Assembly: GCF_002105155.1 (NCBI RefSeq)
Contig: NW_019029001.1
Location: 434,001 to 498,000 of the forward strand
DNA length: 64,000 nt
Direction of reading: 5' to 3'
DNA from: Lobosporangium transversale
Taxonomy: Eukaryota
Under the pieces are notes generated by a model. It was not told the DNA's origin and did no database searches. It saw nothing but the letters and a program-made list of their open reading frames with translations. A program made the translations under genes and the position numbers. Shown in pieces: positions 37,080 through 51,710 of the stretch. The stretch's first letter is position 1. Each line of letters starts with the position of its first letter.

Positions 37080-37420
37080 GGTTCACCGGGAAAGATATAA
37101 ATATGAGATATAATATTATTACGCTTACTATCCCTTCTATTTGATGGTTAAACCATTTCTATGCCGAGGAATGACTTTCTGTTGCTGTGGGTATAGAAAA
37201 TACTATTGTTCTACTTTCCGTGCCCCGATTATGACAAACATATGGGGCCTTGCAAGCACATGGAAGCCTACAGCAAATTCGATGTCAAACGCAATGCTGG
37301 TCCCACGCATATCCAGCCTGAGCAGGTCCCAAAACATGATCGATATCATCAGTTATCTCGCTGCCTTTATGACGACAACCGCAAGCAGAAGAAGCTGAAA
37401 AGAGAAAAAAAAGAGGGGTA
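37080..37420 (+). pseudogene. Degenerate SWIM zinc-finger fragment, possibly a MULE transposase remnant
   Basis: CPDYDKHMGPCKHM resembles the SWIM CxCxD..CKH motif; no intact ORF. Confidence 0.4.
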
Positions 37421-37565
37421 GGTGACTGAGTTACAGAGATCTGCTGCTCGCTTTTTTAGTGAGATCTTTTCAAATATAAACGGTTTGCTTAACAAAATTC
37501 TTGTAATTGAAAAGGACTGACCAAAAAGAGCGATCTCTGGTTACAGGAATGCACAATCTTGTCAT

Positions 37566-38258
37566 AGACGTGGCTGTGAAAGATTAGTAACTCCTAACTC
37601 GTCTAAGGGTGTTTGCTTACACGCATATTTTCTAGACTACACTAATTTATATGGATTTTCTGTAGTTCCTTGATTCCTCCTCAGCCTCCAATGGTGCTTG
37701 ACGTTTGGTGCGCAATGGACAACTGTCTTTTATCCATGGATATGCTCCATCCTTGTCTGTTGGCTGAGGGTAGAGGGTCGCTGTTGGTATATTAGATGAC
37801 TTCAGACGACGTTGTCTCTGATCATGAAAAACAAGGATCCCTTGCAAGCACATGTAGGTTGCAGGAAGGGTCCGCGATGGATTCACTGTCAAACGCACGC
37901 AATACTGCACCTGCATGTACCCAACTCGAGTAGGCCCGAAACACGGCCGATATCAATGATCATCTTGGACGGTCTCTCGAAGGCTTTCTCTCATCATTTC
38001 TGCTACGACAACTAAGAGAGAGCTGAAGAGAAGGAAAGAAAAAAGAATAGAGCGAGAGGAAGCTGCCGCTGAATTGTCTAGATAGAATAATAACGAGATG
38101 ATGGACGTATGGAGGAGAATGGGCTCCTTTGCGATTGATGTAAGTATAACGCGACTTCCACATAGGGAAAGGCAAGCTGTTGCAGATCTACAGAATATGG
38201 TTCGTAAACTAGAACCAAGTAATAAATCAGCTGACCCCTTTGTTTTCGGCCAAGATTT
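37566..38258. repeat. Dispersed ~0.7-kb repeat, copy 1
   Basis: Reverse complement of ~51711-52419; the ~600-bp core looks identical and yields identical ORF-track peptides. Confidence 0.9.
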
Positions 38259-41200
38259 TGTTACTTCGAAACGCGACCGTGGCTCTCTAGAAAGGAGTAA
38301 TATGGCAACTACAACAAGAAGACTAGTTGGTTCTGAGTTGATATAATGACATCTTCTTTATTGGGGTCAATGACAAGCTGCTTCACGCGTTTAATTGAGG
38401 TTTCACCTTGTACGGCATGATGAATAGTTTTTACGGTTATATTTCACGTTCCTCACTCCTTTCCTGAAGATTCCTTGAGATCTTTTGTTAGCTTAAAGCA
38501 TCATGTCTCATCGAATCTTTTCCATGACTCAATCTCAATATGTCTCGCTGGCCCCAGGTACAGCCTCTTCGGCTGTAGTTTGAGGGGAGAGGGGCCCACT
38601 GTTGGGCAACAATTCTGTTTTACTCTACCTGCCAGCCGACATCTGTAAACTTCCTTTTATTATTACAATTTTGACTGTTGTATTTTTTCCATTAGTGCTT
38701 TACCTTCCTGACCTACTTTTTTTCGACTCCGGCTTTCAAACTTATTTACGTTATGGTCCAATATACACAATTTATCGTACTCTTAAAATATCTCATGGGG
38801 TTTAGGCAGTATCAAATGATCAAATGGTGGATCTAGGTTAAAGAAGATGAGGAGCATCTTCACCAATCAAATATAATGCAGTTTTCAGCAAGACCGATGC
38901 AAAAAACATGCTGAATTGTGCCTATATATTGAATCTTTGTTTCATGGCTCAATGTTCATTTATATGGCAATCCTCCTCTCAATGAAGCAACGGACTTCTT
39001 TTTTTCTGGGGGCTGCGCAAATCGGTTTTAGGTCACAAAAAAAAGGGGAGGACACACAGTTCTATTCAGCACTAAGATATCTATCAACCGCCTATTGCCT
39101 TAATGCCTCTTCCAAGTATAAGTAGATCAATAGCTGTTCATGTATATGCATACATACTAGCGTGTTATCACGGCACTAAGGAAAGAAATGTATGGCCTTG
39201 GATGATTCTGACCAGCATTTACAGTATTAAACAGTATGATATATGAATGTGATACCTGTTGCCACAAGACATCAAGAACAATGAAATTTTATTAAGGAGC
39301 TCCAATCGCCCTGAATGCTTCGTGTGCAAAAAAAATAAAAATCAAAAGACCCTATTGGCTACGTGCGTGTCATGCGCAGACAATTAGTATGCCTCTCTTC
39401 GTGGCGATATTTAAATGTTGGTAAATCCATGGCCAACACTTTTTCTTTTTCCCTCTTGTCCACAGCCATTGATCCTAAACTACTCTAGTTCTCTCCTTCC
39501 TTTCGCCCCTCCTCCTCCTCATACATACGCATACGCACAAAAGACTAAAAAAAGATCCATACTGACTTTCTCGCGCCAGCAACTTCATGCGACGCCATTA
39601 TTGATATCGGGATGGACTTATCGTGGGCTAGCCAACCAAAGCAGGTGCTGGGGATGCCACAGAATCGGTTTCGAGCGCGTTTAGGGCACTTTCTTGTTTT
39701 AAACATACCAATGTTATTTCATCAGCTAAAAAATTTTGTTGGATCAGTGGATCAATGGATTTTTTTTATTATTCCCACGCGTCATGTTGAACATAGTGGG
39801 CCACACTTAATCCTGGTGGACTGGTCCCGGAACCAAACTACATGTTCTACATTGGCTCTCTAAGTTCTTCATAATTAAGAGATTAAAACTATATGTTGGG
39901 TACTAATCAATAAAATAACTAATTAATCAGTTAGCATTTGGTTCATAGAAACGCCTTTTAAGTGGCAAAAACGCGGTAATAACAGACCGAGGCTATGCAT
40001 TGGTTGAGGACACGAAGATTTCTGGCAGTGACAAGGCTCCGATTGTAACGTGTGTCCCGACCCATCGTTTTCATGCTTACTACGGATCCATCAATCTATC
40101 ATCGGTAAACCTGAGCTCAATACAAGTCACCCAGATTACCGTAAACTATTGCTAGAAATGATCCATCCAGAATCTGAGTCTAGAGGCGATGCTTTTCAGG
40201 TCATCCCTGACATTCCTCATTTCTACTGGTAAGTGAGGAGAGGCAGCGGCAAGGGCTCTCAAAGAACATTGTTTTGTTTTTTATTGAGCCCTACTGTACG
40301 CCCAGCGCTGAAGGAAAACTCTCATTTTTATTTAACCAATTTGGGCACGAGTATGTGATGGGTCCTTGCGCACAAGATTGAGAACGTACAAACAATCCCT
40401 CCTCTTGAAAGGAAGAGCGAGCCTTTCATCCTTAGGCAGGCTATTCCGGAAGATATATCTTATCTGATTCATCTCAGTACTGAAGAGCGAGTCAGCTTTC
40501 ACATAGAAATTAGTATATATTATGGCCCCGAATATTAGGATTATACCGTTCGCGATATCCATGAAGGTACTGACGTCAAAAAGCCAAGTACTTGCGGTAC
40601 TCGAATCATTCTGGATACATTCACAAGCAGAAACGTTGACGACACAGTTACTTCAACCCATTTTGGCCCAGACTCGAGATTTTTGTCTTGAGGGATGAAG
40701 TGGATCTTCATAGTTCTTTATATCCTATTCTGAGGCGACTAACCACCATCCAAATGAAGCGCCTCAAGGCCGCGAAGAGTAGCCTCATTGCTGCTGCCAA
40801 AGAAGAAGCCGAAAAGATTGACCCAGAAACATTTTCCCTGGCTCTTCAGCTTCATTCAAAGCATCCTGTTATCGCTATCTTGGGGTCCAGGGTCGCAATC
40901 GCCGACCATGATCCAGGATTCAGGCACTATGTACGCATCAATAGCGATCCCGAGTTCATTCATGTCGTCACACCAGAGCTCGAGAAGCGCTTAGCCAAGT
41001 CTGCGATCCTCAAGGTCACAGGGGGGCTACACCTGGGTTTTCATCGAGGGTTATTGGCAACGAGGGCAAAGGTGTCGAGATCGTCTTGGAGAAAGGCAAG
41101 CATGGATATTAATGACTGGGCGACCCTAAGATATGAAAAGAGCGCGTAGGAATATCGTAGCTGGCAGGCTATGGGAAATGTTCCTGAAATCTACGCCGTC

Positions 41201-41629
41201 TCGCTCGCACCCTTAGCATTCAACAACTTGCTCCTTGGCGAGTCATCACATTGATACTTTTTATTGGTAAATAATTGAGATAAAATAACAGCCATCATAA
41301 TATAATAATTGAATAAATAAAGTAAGATAGATTAGAATAAGAAGTTGTTTAATTTTATAAAAAAAACAAGCTGTGTACATGTGTGCTTTTCTGTTTATGT
41401 TAAAATAACTAGATGCTAAGATGATTGATTAGGTTGGGTGTCGGAGTCGGGAATTTACTATTTACAACTAACTATCCTGGCATTCTGGCATCCTGGTATC
41501 TTTTTTTTTTTTTTTTTTTGAGTTCATTAAAAACTATTCGTTGGAAACGGGTTCATTATCACAGTAATTGTGAGTCGGTAGACATTACTATAGGAGAGGC
41601 ATGATATGCCTGCTGGGTATTTTGGATCT

Positions 41630-44099
41630 TTAATAGGAGAGATTCGTGGATCGTCGCCACTCGCTGACTGCTTCACGCAAACGTGTTCTCTTCTCATCAA
41701 GCCCTGAATAGATCGGTGTCGGCAGAGGGTTTGTACGCTGGTAGATCGCAGCCATGGCCATACTTGGGGGTGGTGTCGTGGGTGGTGTCTTTGTAGTGCC
41801 ACTACCAATAGAGGGCGGAAATGGATATACTTGGCTTGTCGAGAACAAAGGTGATGTTGGAGATGGGGATGAAGCCTGGGAGGAGTTATTAGACCAGCCA
41901 GATATCGAAGGGGTTGAATGCATGCTACTTAAGGTCGTGCTGGAAGGGTACGACGAATTCATGACCATATTAGACTGCTGAGACTCTGCTTTAGGGTCTA
42001 TTGTCGACTGGGATTTCCTGCGCAAGACAGAGTTCAAGAAAAAATCATCATCACAGTCCTCATCAATGATGTAGGGAGACAATGGAGGTTTTTCCTGTGC
42101 CGAGTCAATGGTGGCCATAATAGTGTGGTCTTTCTCTCTGTCATCGCCTTTATTATCGCCATCCCTATCGTCTCTAGCATCCTTAGTATTCTCCTGTTCG
42201 TATTTAGTTTCGATTGCATACGTGCTCTGAACCCTGGGCCCACTCCCACGGCTTTCCTCATCTGTAGTGGACTCGATTGAGGTCATTGAAGAGTCTGAGG
42301 GTCTGGATGCATATGAATAATCGGATTGCTTTGAAACATCTGAGGACCAAGACGAACGACGCCCCAAAGACATGCAAGGGGAGACGGCTCCAGCACGAAG
42401 ACATTCAAGAAATGTTGATTTCGGAGACGTCTTGGTCAGGTCATCCTCCTCAGCCATAGTCTCAAGGGGTAGCGATTCTTGTGAACCTTTGAATACGGTA
42501 GAATATATTATGGCATCATTGTGCCCATGAAGAACAGGGGATTCTTCAGTGGTTGCCATGCTACTGGATTGGCTCGAAGTCTGCAGATGTGGTGAGACAG
42601 TGGGTGAGGATGAAGAAGTATGCAAGAACTTGGGGACAAACTTGCCCAGTAACCTTGAAGATCGCCTCGAACGTTTGGAATTACTAGATAAAACAGAGAG
42701 ATGCGGTGATGGCGGTGACATTGGGTCCTTGGGTGATAATGATGCCTCTGTGATGCTATTCTTGCGCATACCCATCTTATGCAGGAGGTATGAGCCCTTG
42801 CCTTCTTTCTTCTCCTGCTCTACCCCTGTCGATTTAGCGGAAGAAGAGGAGAGCGTCTGTGCAGGCGGTTCGACCGCCATCTTTGTTTTAGAGCCAGGTA
42901 ATACGTCATCTTCCTGAAGAGAGGCTGTCTCTGAAGAGCCATCAATTACATCTTCATCTTTCACTGTCGCCTCAGAGACGTGGGCGTCGGCCACATCCTA
43001 GAGAAAATGGAAGGTTCAGATATAAAAAAGGAAAAGTTTAATTTCATCCACTAAAAATCAGATCAGAAGAAATCGACATCTTTCGACCATTTTTTTAATG
43101 TCCCCTCCCTACCTTGACAGAGGTTGGGGGAGTGATCTGGTGCTCAACAGTATGCACAAGAGAGCCGCTCTTCAAAGGCCGCTCGCTATCATTAACAGCA
43201 ACTATACCGGCTATTGATGTGCGTTCAGCCTCGCATATGGCCTGATTATTCTCCTGCTCAGAAGAACATGCCACCGACGATATCGATGTCATAGTAACCG
43301 TCGGAATAATCGAAGGTGCGTCTAATTTGTCAGCGCTGTTCCCCATGGGGTTGAGCGCCCATGACGATTCCTGCTCTGAGCTTTGTCGAAGAGCAGCCAA
43401 GACACCATAAACGAGACTGCCTCCATTCTCGCTAAGATGTTTGCGACGGAGGTCCTTGGTTGAGAAGGGATTAAGTGCGCCTTTCTCTTCACCTTCTGCG
43501 TATTGAGCTGAACCTCGGATCTGCTGAGTATTCTCCAAAATGAGGGATCTTGGACGCGATGTTAAGGGTGATGGGAGAAGTGACGATTGGGTGGTTGCAC
43601 AGGTAAAAGAATGTGTTGGGGAAGAGTTGAGGGGTGTGTTGCTATCGCTATTAGCTATAATGTGGTTACACTTGGGACTCTCATTCTGCAAAGGATTCTG
43701 GTACAGAATTGACTTGTTTTCCAGAGAGGATGAGATAATTGTGGGAGTTATGGAAATATCTGCAGTAGTTGAACATAGATTATCATGGGGGGAAGAAGAT
43801 GAAAGTTGCGATAATGACAGTGGGGATGTGGAAGAAGAAAGTGAAGAAGGGGTTGTTGAAGAAGAGCGACGAGGTACGGAAACGAGAGATGATCGTCTGG
43901 AAGGATTCCAGAGGACACTATTCAATGAACTTCGTTGACTAGATGGAGTAGAATATGTGTTAAAGCGATAGGACTCGCCTTCGGCGAAGGACAGAGGTGG
44001 ACAAGACTTTACGTATGCATTGCTCGAGAGTCGTCGTGCACGATTGAGCAAAGCTTCGGCAGTCTGCGAAGTATTAGAAGAGTGTAGTAGTGTAGTCAT
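41630..44099 (-). CDS. Ser-rich, largely disordered hypothetical protein, 2 exons (44099-43113 and 42997-41630)
   Basis: Two long ORFs joined in frame by a GT-AG intron; possible conserved C-terminal motif GLDEKRTRLREAVSEWRRS. Confidence 0.75.
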
Positions 44100-44324
44100 G
44101 GTTGCAATGTCTATGTTGTTGACGAATTTGAAAAGATAAAAAAAGGGGGGGATAAGGTTGTCTTGGTGCTACAAATACAATTATACTTGTAGTATTTTTG
44201 AGGTGTATAGTGAAAGTGAATGAGAAAAGAATGAGTGCAATGAAGACAAAAGAATGCACATGGAGGACAGAAAGTGAAAAGAGAGAAAGAGAGAAGGAAA
44301 GGGAAGATATCAATGAATGAGGAC

Positions 44325-44410
44325 AGAAAGAAGAGGAAGAAGAAGAAGAGGAGGAAGAAGAAGAAGGGAAGGGGAAGGGGAAGGGGAAGGGGAAGGGGAA
44401 GGGGAAAGGA
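44325..44410. repeat. Polypurine microsatellite (GAA)n-(GGGGAA)n
   Basis: Seen directly, upstream of the 44099 ATG. Confidence 0.9.
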
Positions 44411-44548
44411 AAAAGGGTCAGCGAAAAAGAATGTGTAACAGCCCCGCGGACATATTGAAATAACAGAGATGGATGGGAAACGAAAAAGCGATGCCCAAAC
44501 AAAAGGGCTGTCCCCCCCATCCAACTCATTCATCAATCAGGACTAAAG

Positions 44549-44552
<4 letters not shown>

Positions 44553-44580
<28 letters not shown>
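44553..44580. repeat. (AT)n microsatellite
   Basis: Seen directly. Confidence 0.9.
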
Positions 44581-44583
<3 letters not shown>

Positions 44584-46470
44584 CATTAATGCTATACCAT
44601 TATGCATCATGTATTGTTCCCCTAGAAGAATACAAGAAAATATACAATCACCAATCCATCAATACCAATTGATGCCAGCTACAAAGAAGCACCATCCATC
44701 TACATTCCATGTATACATCAATATATATACCTTAAAAAGATATCATTCAGAAAGTACACATTTTTCATATATTCTTCATCGTTATTGCTCCACCACATCA
44801 ACAGTACCAGGAAACAGGTATAACTTTTTATTTTATTTTATTTTTTTTGGTCTGAATAGCCTATGTGTTACTACTGCCTTTCACCTCGTCGCGTTCTATT
44901 CACAACGGTTGTTTGAATAGGGTCCCTCCTCGACAATTCGACAACTATCCAATATCTCCTCCCCTTTTTTTCCCTGTCAATTTTGTTCTCTACATCAACC
45001 GATTTTTGGTTTTTTGTTCGATCCACTTTGAAAGATTTATTTTTCCTGTCATGCAGGCTGTTTTCTGCTTCATTTTAACAAAAGAAACATAACAATGCAT
45101 AGCCAAGCAGGAAAAAAAAAAAAAAAAAAAAAAAAGACACATGGCACACTTGTTACATTTTCATTGCATGGGTTACGGTATCTATCATGGAGTGTCTCTT
45201 GGGCCTAGAAAAAACAGTGAATGTAATCTCCGCTACAGCGGCTAAACTAAAAAAACGCAGGTTGATAGGCGGAAAACAAGCAAACTGGGAACAAGTTGGT
45301 TGGCAGAAATACGATCTGCGCGATGTGTTTGCACACAAAAAGATGACAAGCGCAATTAGGTCAACTCTGCGCTGCCCTATTTTGAATCCCTGTGCTTCCT
45401 TTCCCCTTTTTACACACATCTTCAGACTCGAGGGAGGGAAAGAATGCGGTATGTACTACCGTCTCGCATGAGTCGATTTTTGTCTACAAGTAGACAAGGC
45501 GCATTGTCACCGAAACTACGACAGACAATGTTCTATTATAAAAAAAAAAATCCAAAAAATAAAGAGCGATTCATTCCAGAACATCGTCGTCCAAGAATAG
45601 AATGATCACAACAGTGGATATAAAAAAATCAACATTAACTAAAAACAACGGCTTTGCATGATATGTGTAACTTTGCTCCATCCAAACAACCCAATCCCTC
45701 TTACTGATCACGCACATGCATACACTGGAAGCACGCGAGTACAATACAGCGCTGCAACCAATTGTCTTATTCCTGTCTATTTTTCCTCCCTACAACATCC
45801 ACAGCAGATTTTTTTTTTTTTCTGATTAAGAAGGAACAGACTCTTTATGTCTTATTTGTTTAGAGTTCTTGCTGCTGTAAGAATTGCGGTTTGTCATTCA
45901 ATTTTTTTTTTATTCATATATCTTATTTAATCATTACCTTGCCACGAAAAAACCATGCGGATCTCATGCTATTTTAGCTTTTGTTTATATAGTACTTTTG
46001 GATGACCCGTATACATTCACCTTGCCTTTTTTTTTTCTCGTCATTAATGAACCCAAGGCTTTTTACATTGCTTGGCAACAGGATAAAAAAAATGTATAGG
46101 ACAGTCAAACTGCAAAAAATAGATTGCAGAATGTAAAGAAGGTGCAGCAAGATGACCAACACTCCTCCCTAAAAAAAAAATCCCCTTTGGATAAGTGCTC
46201 ACCTCCTTCTAGCTGCATCATTGTAATTTTCGACAATAATCGCCTGAATCCTTCCTCGGATATAACGTCATGTCCATGAACTCTAAAAAAAAAAAAAAAA
46301 AAAAAAATCGACTTTTCAGCTACCAAAAGAAAAAAACGCGTCCGAGTTGTTGAACCAATTCCTGGTTTAAAAAAAATAGATATGAATATAATATTACCAA
46401 TAATAATAATAATGACAAAGTTCGTTATTCTCTCATAAATGTATTCATGTTGGACATGTAAGACGTCGCA

Positions 46471-46501
<31 letters not shown>

Positions 46502-47062
46502 GACCAGTTGCCACCAACTCTTTGCCCTCTTTATGTGCCTATATATTTGGAATACTTTGTCATCGTCACTCAACAATGTTTATGTGTATACAAATGACGG
46601 AGCAGAGGGCGCGGAAAAAGAATCCCACTTCTCTCCTTTCCCTTTTCCTGTACAATGAAAATAAACAACAGCATCAGGGGAAGAAGGATGGACGAGATTA
46701 TGTCAAGCGTACACATATACTTGCATGAATCCACTAAACAAGTCGGCGCAGCCCTTTTCTTTTTTAGGAGGGCAAGGTGGGACGAATTTCAAGGGAGCAA
46801 AATTCTCTCTTCATAGTACAGCCAGCTTGCTTAAACAATGCATTACGTGGTATTCATGCACTGTGGTCTTTGGAACTTTCCTCTTTTTTTTTTTTTTTTT
46901 TGTACGACGTCCATATATATATACATGTATATTTATATTTCTGTATAGAAAATAATGTTAAGATAGTGCTCATCTTTTTATCTGGCGCAATTCATCCCCT
47001 ATTACACACTGATCTGATTTTACTGAATGGTCTAATAAAAAATGACCCACTTTCTCTAGACT

Positions 47063-50000
47063 TTAGATTGCTCGAATACGCATATCCTCAATCTTCTTTT
47101 GAATTTCAGCCGGTGTCCTATCCAGCTCTTCTGCAATCATCCTCTTCTTGTCACCTGATAGCAAGTTGTATTGCTCGCAAATATCGCCATCCACAGTTCC
47201 CTATTTAAATTTATGTCAGTCTTAGTCGCTAAAATCAAGTAATTCATTGTAAACAGCATTTTTTTTTTCCTCTTCGTTTATTTACCTTCACAGGAACATG
47301 ATATCCACGGTAACTCAAGTGATCACGGCCCGCCAAAGGAGGCATCTCATTCCGCATATGCATCTCCAGTGTCTGGAAAAAATCGATATCCTCCTTGGTC
47401 TGGAACGGGATAAATATACCAATTCCACCCAGGAACGATGTATACAAAATCATTTCGCGCCCTCCTGCCACAAAGCTTGTCTTAGCCAATGACGTTAAAA
47501 TGTCACCTACATGGTAATGTGCCAACATGTCCACCTTGTGTGCGGCTCCATGGAGATAACCCTTTCCCACAGATTTGGAACCTGCCTCGTCCTCATCAAT
47601 CTCTTGACTGAGCTTCTGCGGCAATCGATTGACAAAGAAGTTACCAAACTTGTCTCCTGCAGCCACAGTGTCGTAATCAATCATTGCAGAGCACGTAACC
47701 CATCTCGGTGACTTGTCATCTGCGAAAGTAACGATCTTGTTGTCTGCAGGAATGTATGATGCATAGTGAAGTGATTCTTGCACATCTCCTATAATGATGC
47801 GCCCTCCTTGATTGTGCAACGTCACGATCGCATTTGGAATCATGCGGTTTTCAGTCTTCCTGAGAAGTTTACGCTTGCCAAGATCGTATACGCGTAAAAT
47901 CTTGCCGACACCTGCCAAGAGACGACCCTGGAAATGAAGGAGTGCTTGTGGCACTTCCTCTACTGGTGTTTTATGGACCAACTCCAGACCTTTGCCTTCA
48001 TTTACAAACTTGTAAATATGGATGAAGCCCGATGACAGCGATTTTGGTTGCAAAGTCAAATCTGCTGCTGTGCCGACTGCCAAGAACAACTCGTTTGCTT
48101 CGACTGCAAAATTAAGTACCGCTACACTCAATGCAGCTTCATTCTGCTCGAGCTCGAGCGTAAATGTTGTCTCCCCCGTTGCTGGGTTGAGGATCCTGAT
48201 CAACGATGCCCATTTGCCGGGCAAAGATCTAGCATGTCCAAAGACGACAGGGTCGAGTTCTTCCTCCTCCCGCATAGCGAATCCAAGCTCCTCAAGCCTC
48301 TTCTTCTTTTCCAGTGTGGAGTAAGTCTGATGATCGGTTTCAATGACCGCAATTGTTTTGTGTACAGGGTTGACAACAAAGCGGCGTGGCGTGTATGTCA
48401 GTTGGATAGCTGTCTCATTAAAGACTTGTCCAAATTTTTCGATAGTAAAAATCTTGAGCTCCTTTCCTGCAATTGCTACAACTCCCTCCAGACACTGCTT
48501 GGACGTAAAGCTGGCTGCATACTCCAGTGCTTCGTATGATAATGGGTTCAGATGAATACGCGACTGCAATTGGTAGCTAAGCCATGGTCGGCTTGAGAGT
48601 GCTAAAACTGAGGGATTGCCTGCCATGTTCAATTCAAAAAGTCGAACTGCACGTGCGCCTAAGAAACGTGTACGAGTGTCCGAGAGCTGACCTGTCGTCT
48701 GATCCAAAACAGTGCGGAGCAAGACTCCGTTCTGCAAACCGATATTCAAGTATAATGTTGTCAATGATCCTTCAGAGATTTGATCCGGCATGTCGATCAT
48801 AACTAGAGATTCAGGGATGGCTGATAAAGCCTGTAAACTTAGAGGTTCTAGACATGATGAAGCATCTAGGCTGAGAATACGGACCGTATTATCATCGCAT
48901 CCAACAGCTAAGAAACGAACACGCCTCCTTCCTTTAGGCAAGGGCTGAATGCTAAGGCAAGTGACATTGCCAGACATTTCCCTACGCACATGTGATTCGC
49001 TTAAATTTCCGACATCATCGACTTCAAAATAGACAAGCTCACCACCAGTCAATGCGATCACAACTTGTTGCCGATTTGTGGCCGCGCGTACAATCTGTCT
49101 GCCTCCTGGAGCCCTCCATTCTGTTACCTGTTTGTTAGCGCGAATATGTCGGATGCCCTGTGGATAGACCTGAAGCAACGCATCTTGGCCAAGCTGCTGG
49201 ACTGTGATCGTTGGTGTTGTTGCTAAAAAGCCAGTATCAGTAACCTCTTCCACTGTTTCGCCAATAGAAAGTACCAGTGTTGCATTAGAGAAGGAAACAA
49301 CAATATATTGGTCATATAGATCGTCAGCTGTCAGTCGGGTAGTCCAGACTGCTGTTGGGTTAGCAGGTAGGGGCGACACAGCCATCTCCGTAACCTCTAA
49401 TCCATGTCTCAATATCCTCATCGTTGAACGTGCACCTCGGCCACATAGCGCGTAAATCTGTGGCGTATCTTCGTCAGTAAGATTCAAAACCTGCATGAGA
49501 ATCAAATTATCAAAGACGAGAAATTAGCTAGTCGATACGAAATAGTATGCAAAGTAAACCAAAAAGCATATATAGCACGGCTATGTACCTTGGCATCTGT
49601 CAAAGGAGCCATACTGGCTAGTTCATCAACTAGAAGCAAATTCTCCAGTGGCCTTGGTTTGAAGTATACTCTGATATTCAGATGTTCGCCGTCAGCTCCC
49701 ATAAAGTCATTACTGGAATATTCAGGGGTATCATCATCGTCACCCAATTTTTCGAACTGGTAAAAATGACTACACGAATGGAGCGTCAGATTTCTGTAAG
49801 TTTTTTTTTGTCTCATAAAAAAAAAAAACAATGAAATGATGTTGATGTCAATCAAGCATCGAGAACTTACTGATTTCCAAATTCGCTGGCGACAAATAAG
49901 AATCCGCTCTTCAGAATACAAAGCCCTGAGGCGACCGAAACTGTGTCAAAGTACTTGATTTTAATTTCGTTTACGGTGTCCCCTGTGTAGTCAATCGTGA

Positions 50001-50066
50001 CCTTGTATAAATCACCTTCTTCGCTTTGTAACAATAAGAAGAATGAGTTCTTTTTATTTATTTATT

Positions 50067-50103
<37 letters not shown>

Positions 50104-51229
50104 GTTATTTTTCATGTTTCGAGACCACTCTCTTTGATCTATTTTTGACAATTTCCATGCTGTGACCAAAGTGTACCTTCATTTTATGAACGACTCCTGA
50201 TACGATCAATAGTCCTCTGTCCTTGTTCTCCAATGGGCTCTCCCGTCTTGGTATAGGTACTGAGAGAGTAGCGGAGGCGATATGCTTATAAGTAATATAA
50301 TTTTCTGAACACACTAAAACTCCTGACGGCCCATCAGTGCCACCGGGTACTATAAGAAAATCATTTACAGTTTACGGAAGGAAGTACATTGCTCAGACTT
50401 TCGATCTTTCAATTCACGTCACCCCCAAAGAACTCTCATAACATCTTTAAATATATCCTTCATACCTGCTACTAGCATATTTGCTTTGCGATCGACTGCT
50501 TCGCTCCATTTTCTAACAACATGATTCAGACCAAGATCTAATTCGTAGTATGTCAACATCTAAAGCATGTGGGTAATCGAAAAATAAATTAGTTTACGTA
50601 AAATACTAACGACCAGCATATTTCTAAAGCGCCCTGACAATGTTCCTCCATTGTACCTTTTCAGTTTCCCTGAGAGCCTCCCCCTTAGGATCCTGATCAG
50701 CCTCTGAATAGTCAACTTCCAGGCACGCAAATATAGGGTTTTCGAACCCAACATCGACTCCTGTGCAATAATGTACAATTGTATGGGACTTATGCGCTTC
50801 CAAAGGCGATCCAATCGTTAACCTAGCCGCGATATCTCTGTTCAAAATATACACGAGTTTCTGTTTTTCCATCGAACCTATAAAAGGAATAAAATAAATT
50901 AACTTTCAGGGCTAAAACATACCTTTCTTACTTATTAGATTGAAATGGATGATTTTCAGCTCCTGATTTCATACTACCCTTGGCTGGTCTCCATTACTGG
51001 TTATACTTGCTTACCAATCATGACGGCACGACCCTTCGGATCTGTGGCAAGGTACTGTCCTGGCACAATTCTTCGACATCCAGACTTGCCAAATGTCTCC
51101 TGATGTACCTTTTCAAACACATTCTTGGCCGGGTTATATTCCAAAATAACGATCCTTCCTGAATCTGATCCAATGACAATGTAGTCTGATACGGTCCAAG
51201 TATGCAGTCGAGGTAATAATAAACAAAAT

Positions 51230-51263
<34 letters not shown>

Positions 51264-51549
51264 TTAAAGCGCGCCAAACATAAAAAAGACACCTATCGTT
51301 ATTACTATTAGCTTTCAAAGTACCTTTAGATGCTCCAGTCAGGCGAAATGAAGCTAGGGATCGGACAACACCAAATACATCGTGAGAGAGAATAGAATGG
51401 ACCTTTCCAGTAGTTGTGTCTGGCCTAAGCAACTCGATCCTTGAGACATGAGAGACAATAAGCTCCTGCTGACGAGTCCCTGAGAAGTTACCAAGGATCG
51501 CCTGGTTAATGGCATTGGGGGCCTGCAGGGTCAAGTTATACAGAAACAT
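47063..51549 (-). CDS. RSE1: Splicing factor SF3b subunit 3, multi-exon
   Basis: [74 protein letters not shown]. Confidence 0.97.
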
Positions 51550-51710
51550 GGCTCAGGTTCCGTCAGTCGTTTTTATAATTGTCCCGCTTGAAGAAAATGA
51601 AAATTAGCAAGAATGGAGGCCAGAGGATGTGGAAATGAGTAATTGCTTTTTTTCTTTTTTTTTTTTATTTGTGGCTGAAAATACGTCATTCGGGCAAGAG
51701 GGAACAGCAC

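Noticed and set aside
39550..41250. Coding-like fragments, including ORF 40688-41149
   Set aside because: Possibly a decayed transposase or gene, but no motif I can name and no coherent gene model
44600..47000. Many short ORFs in AT-rich DNA
   Set aside because: Low-complexity translations of homopolymer-rich intergenic sequence
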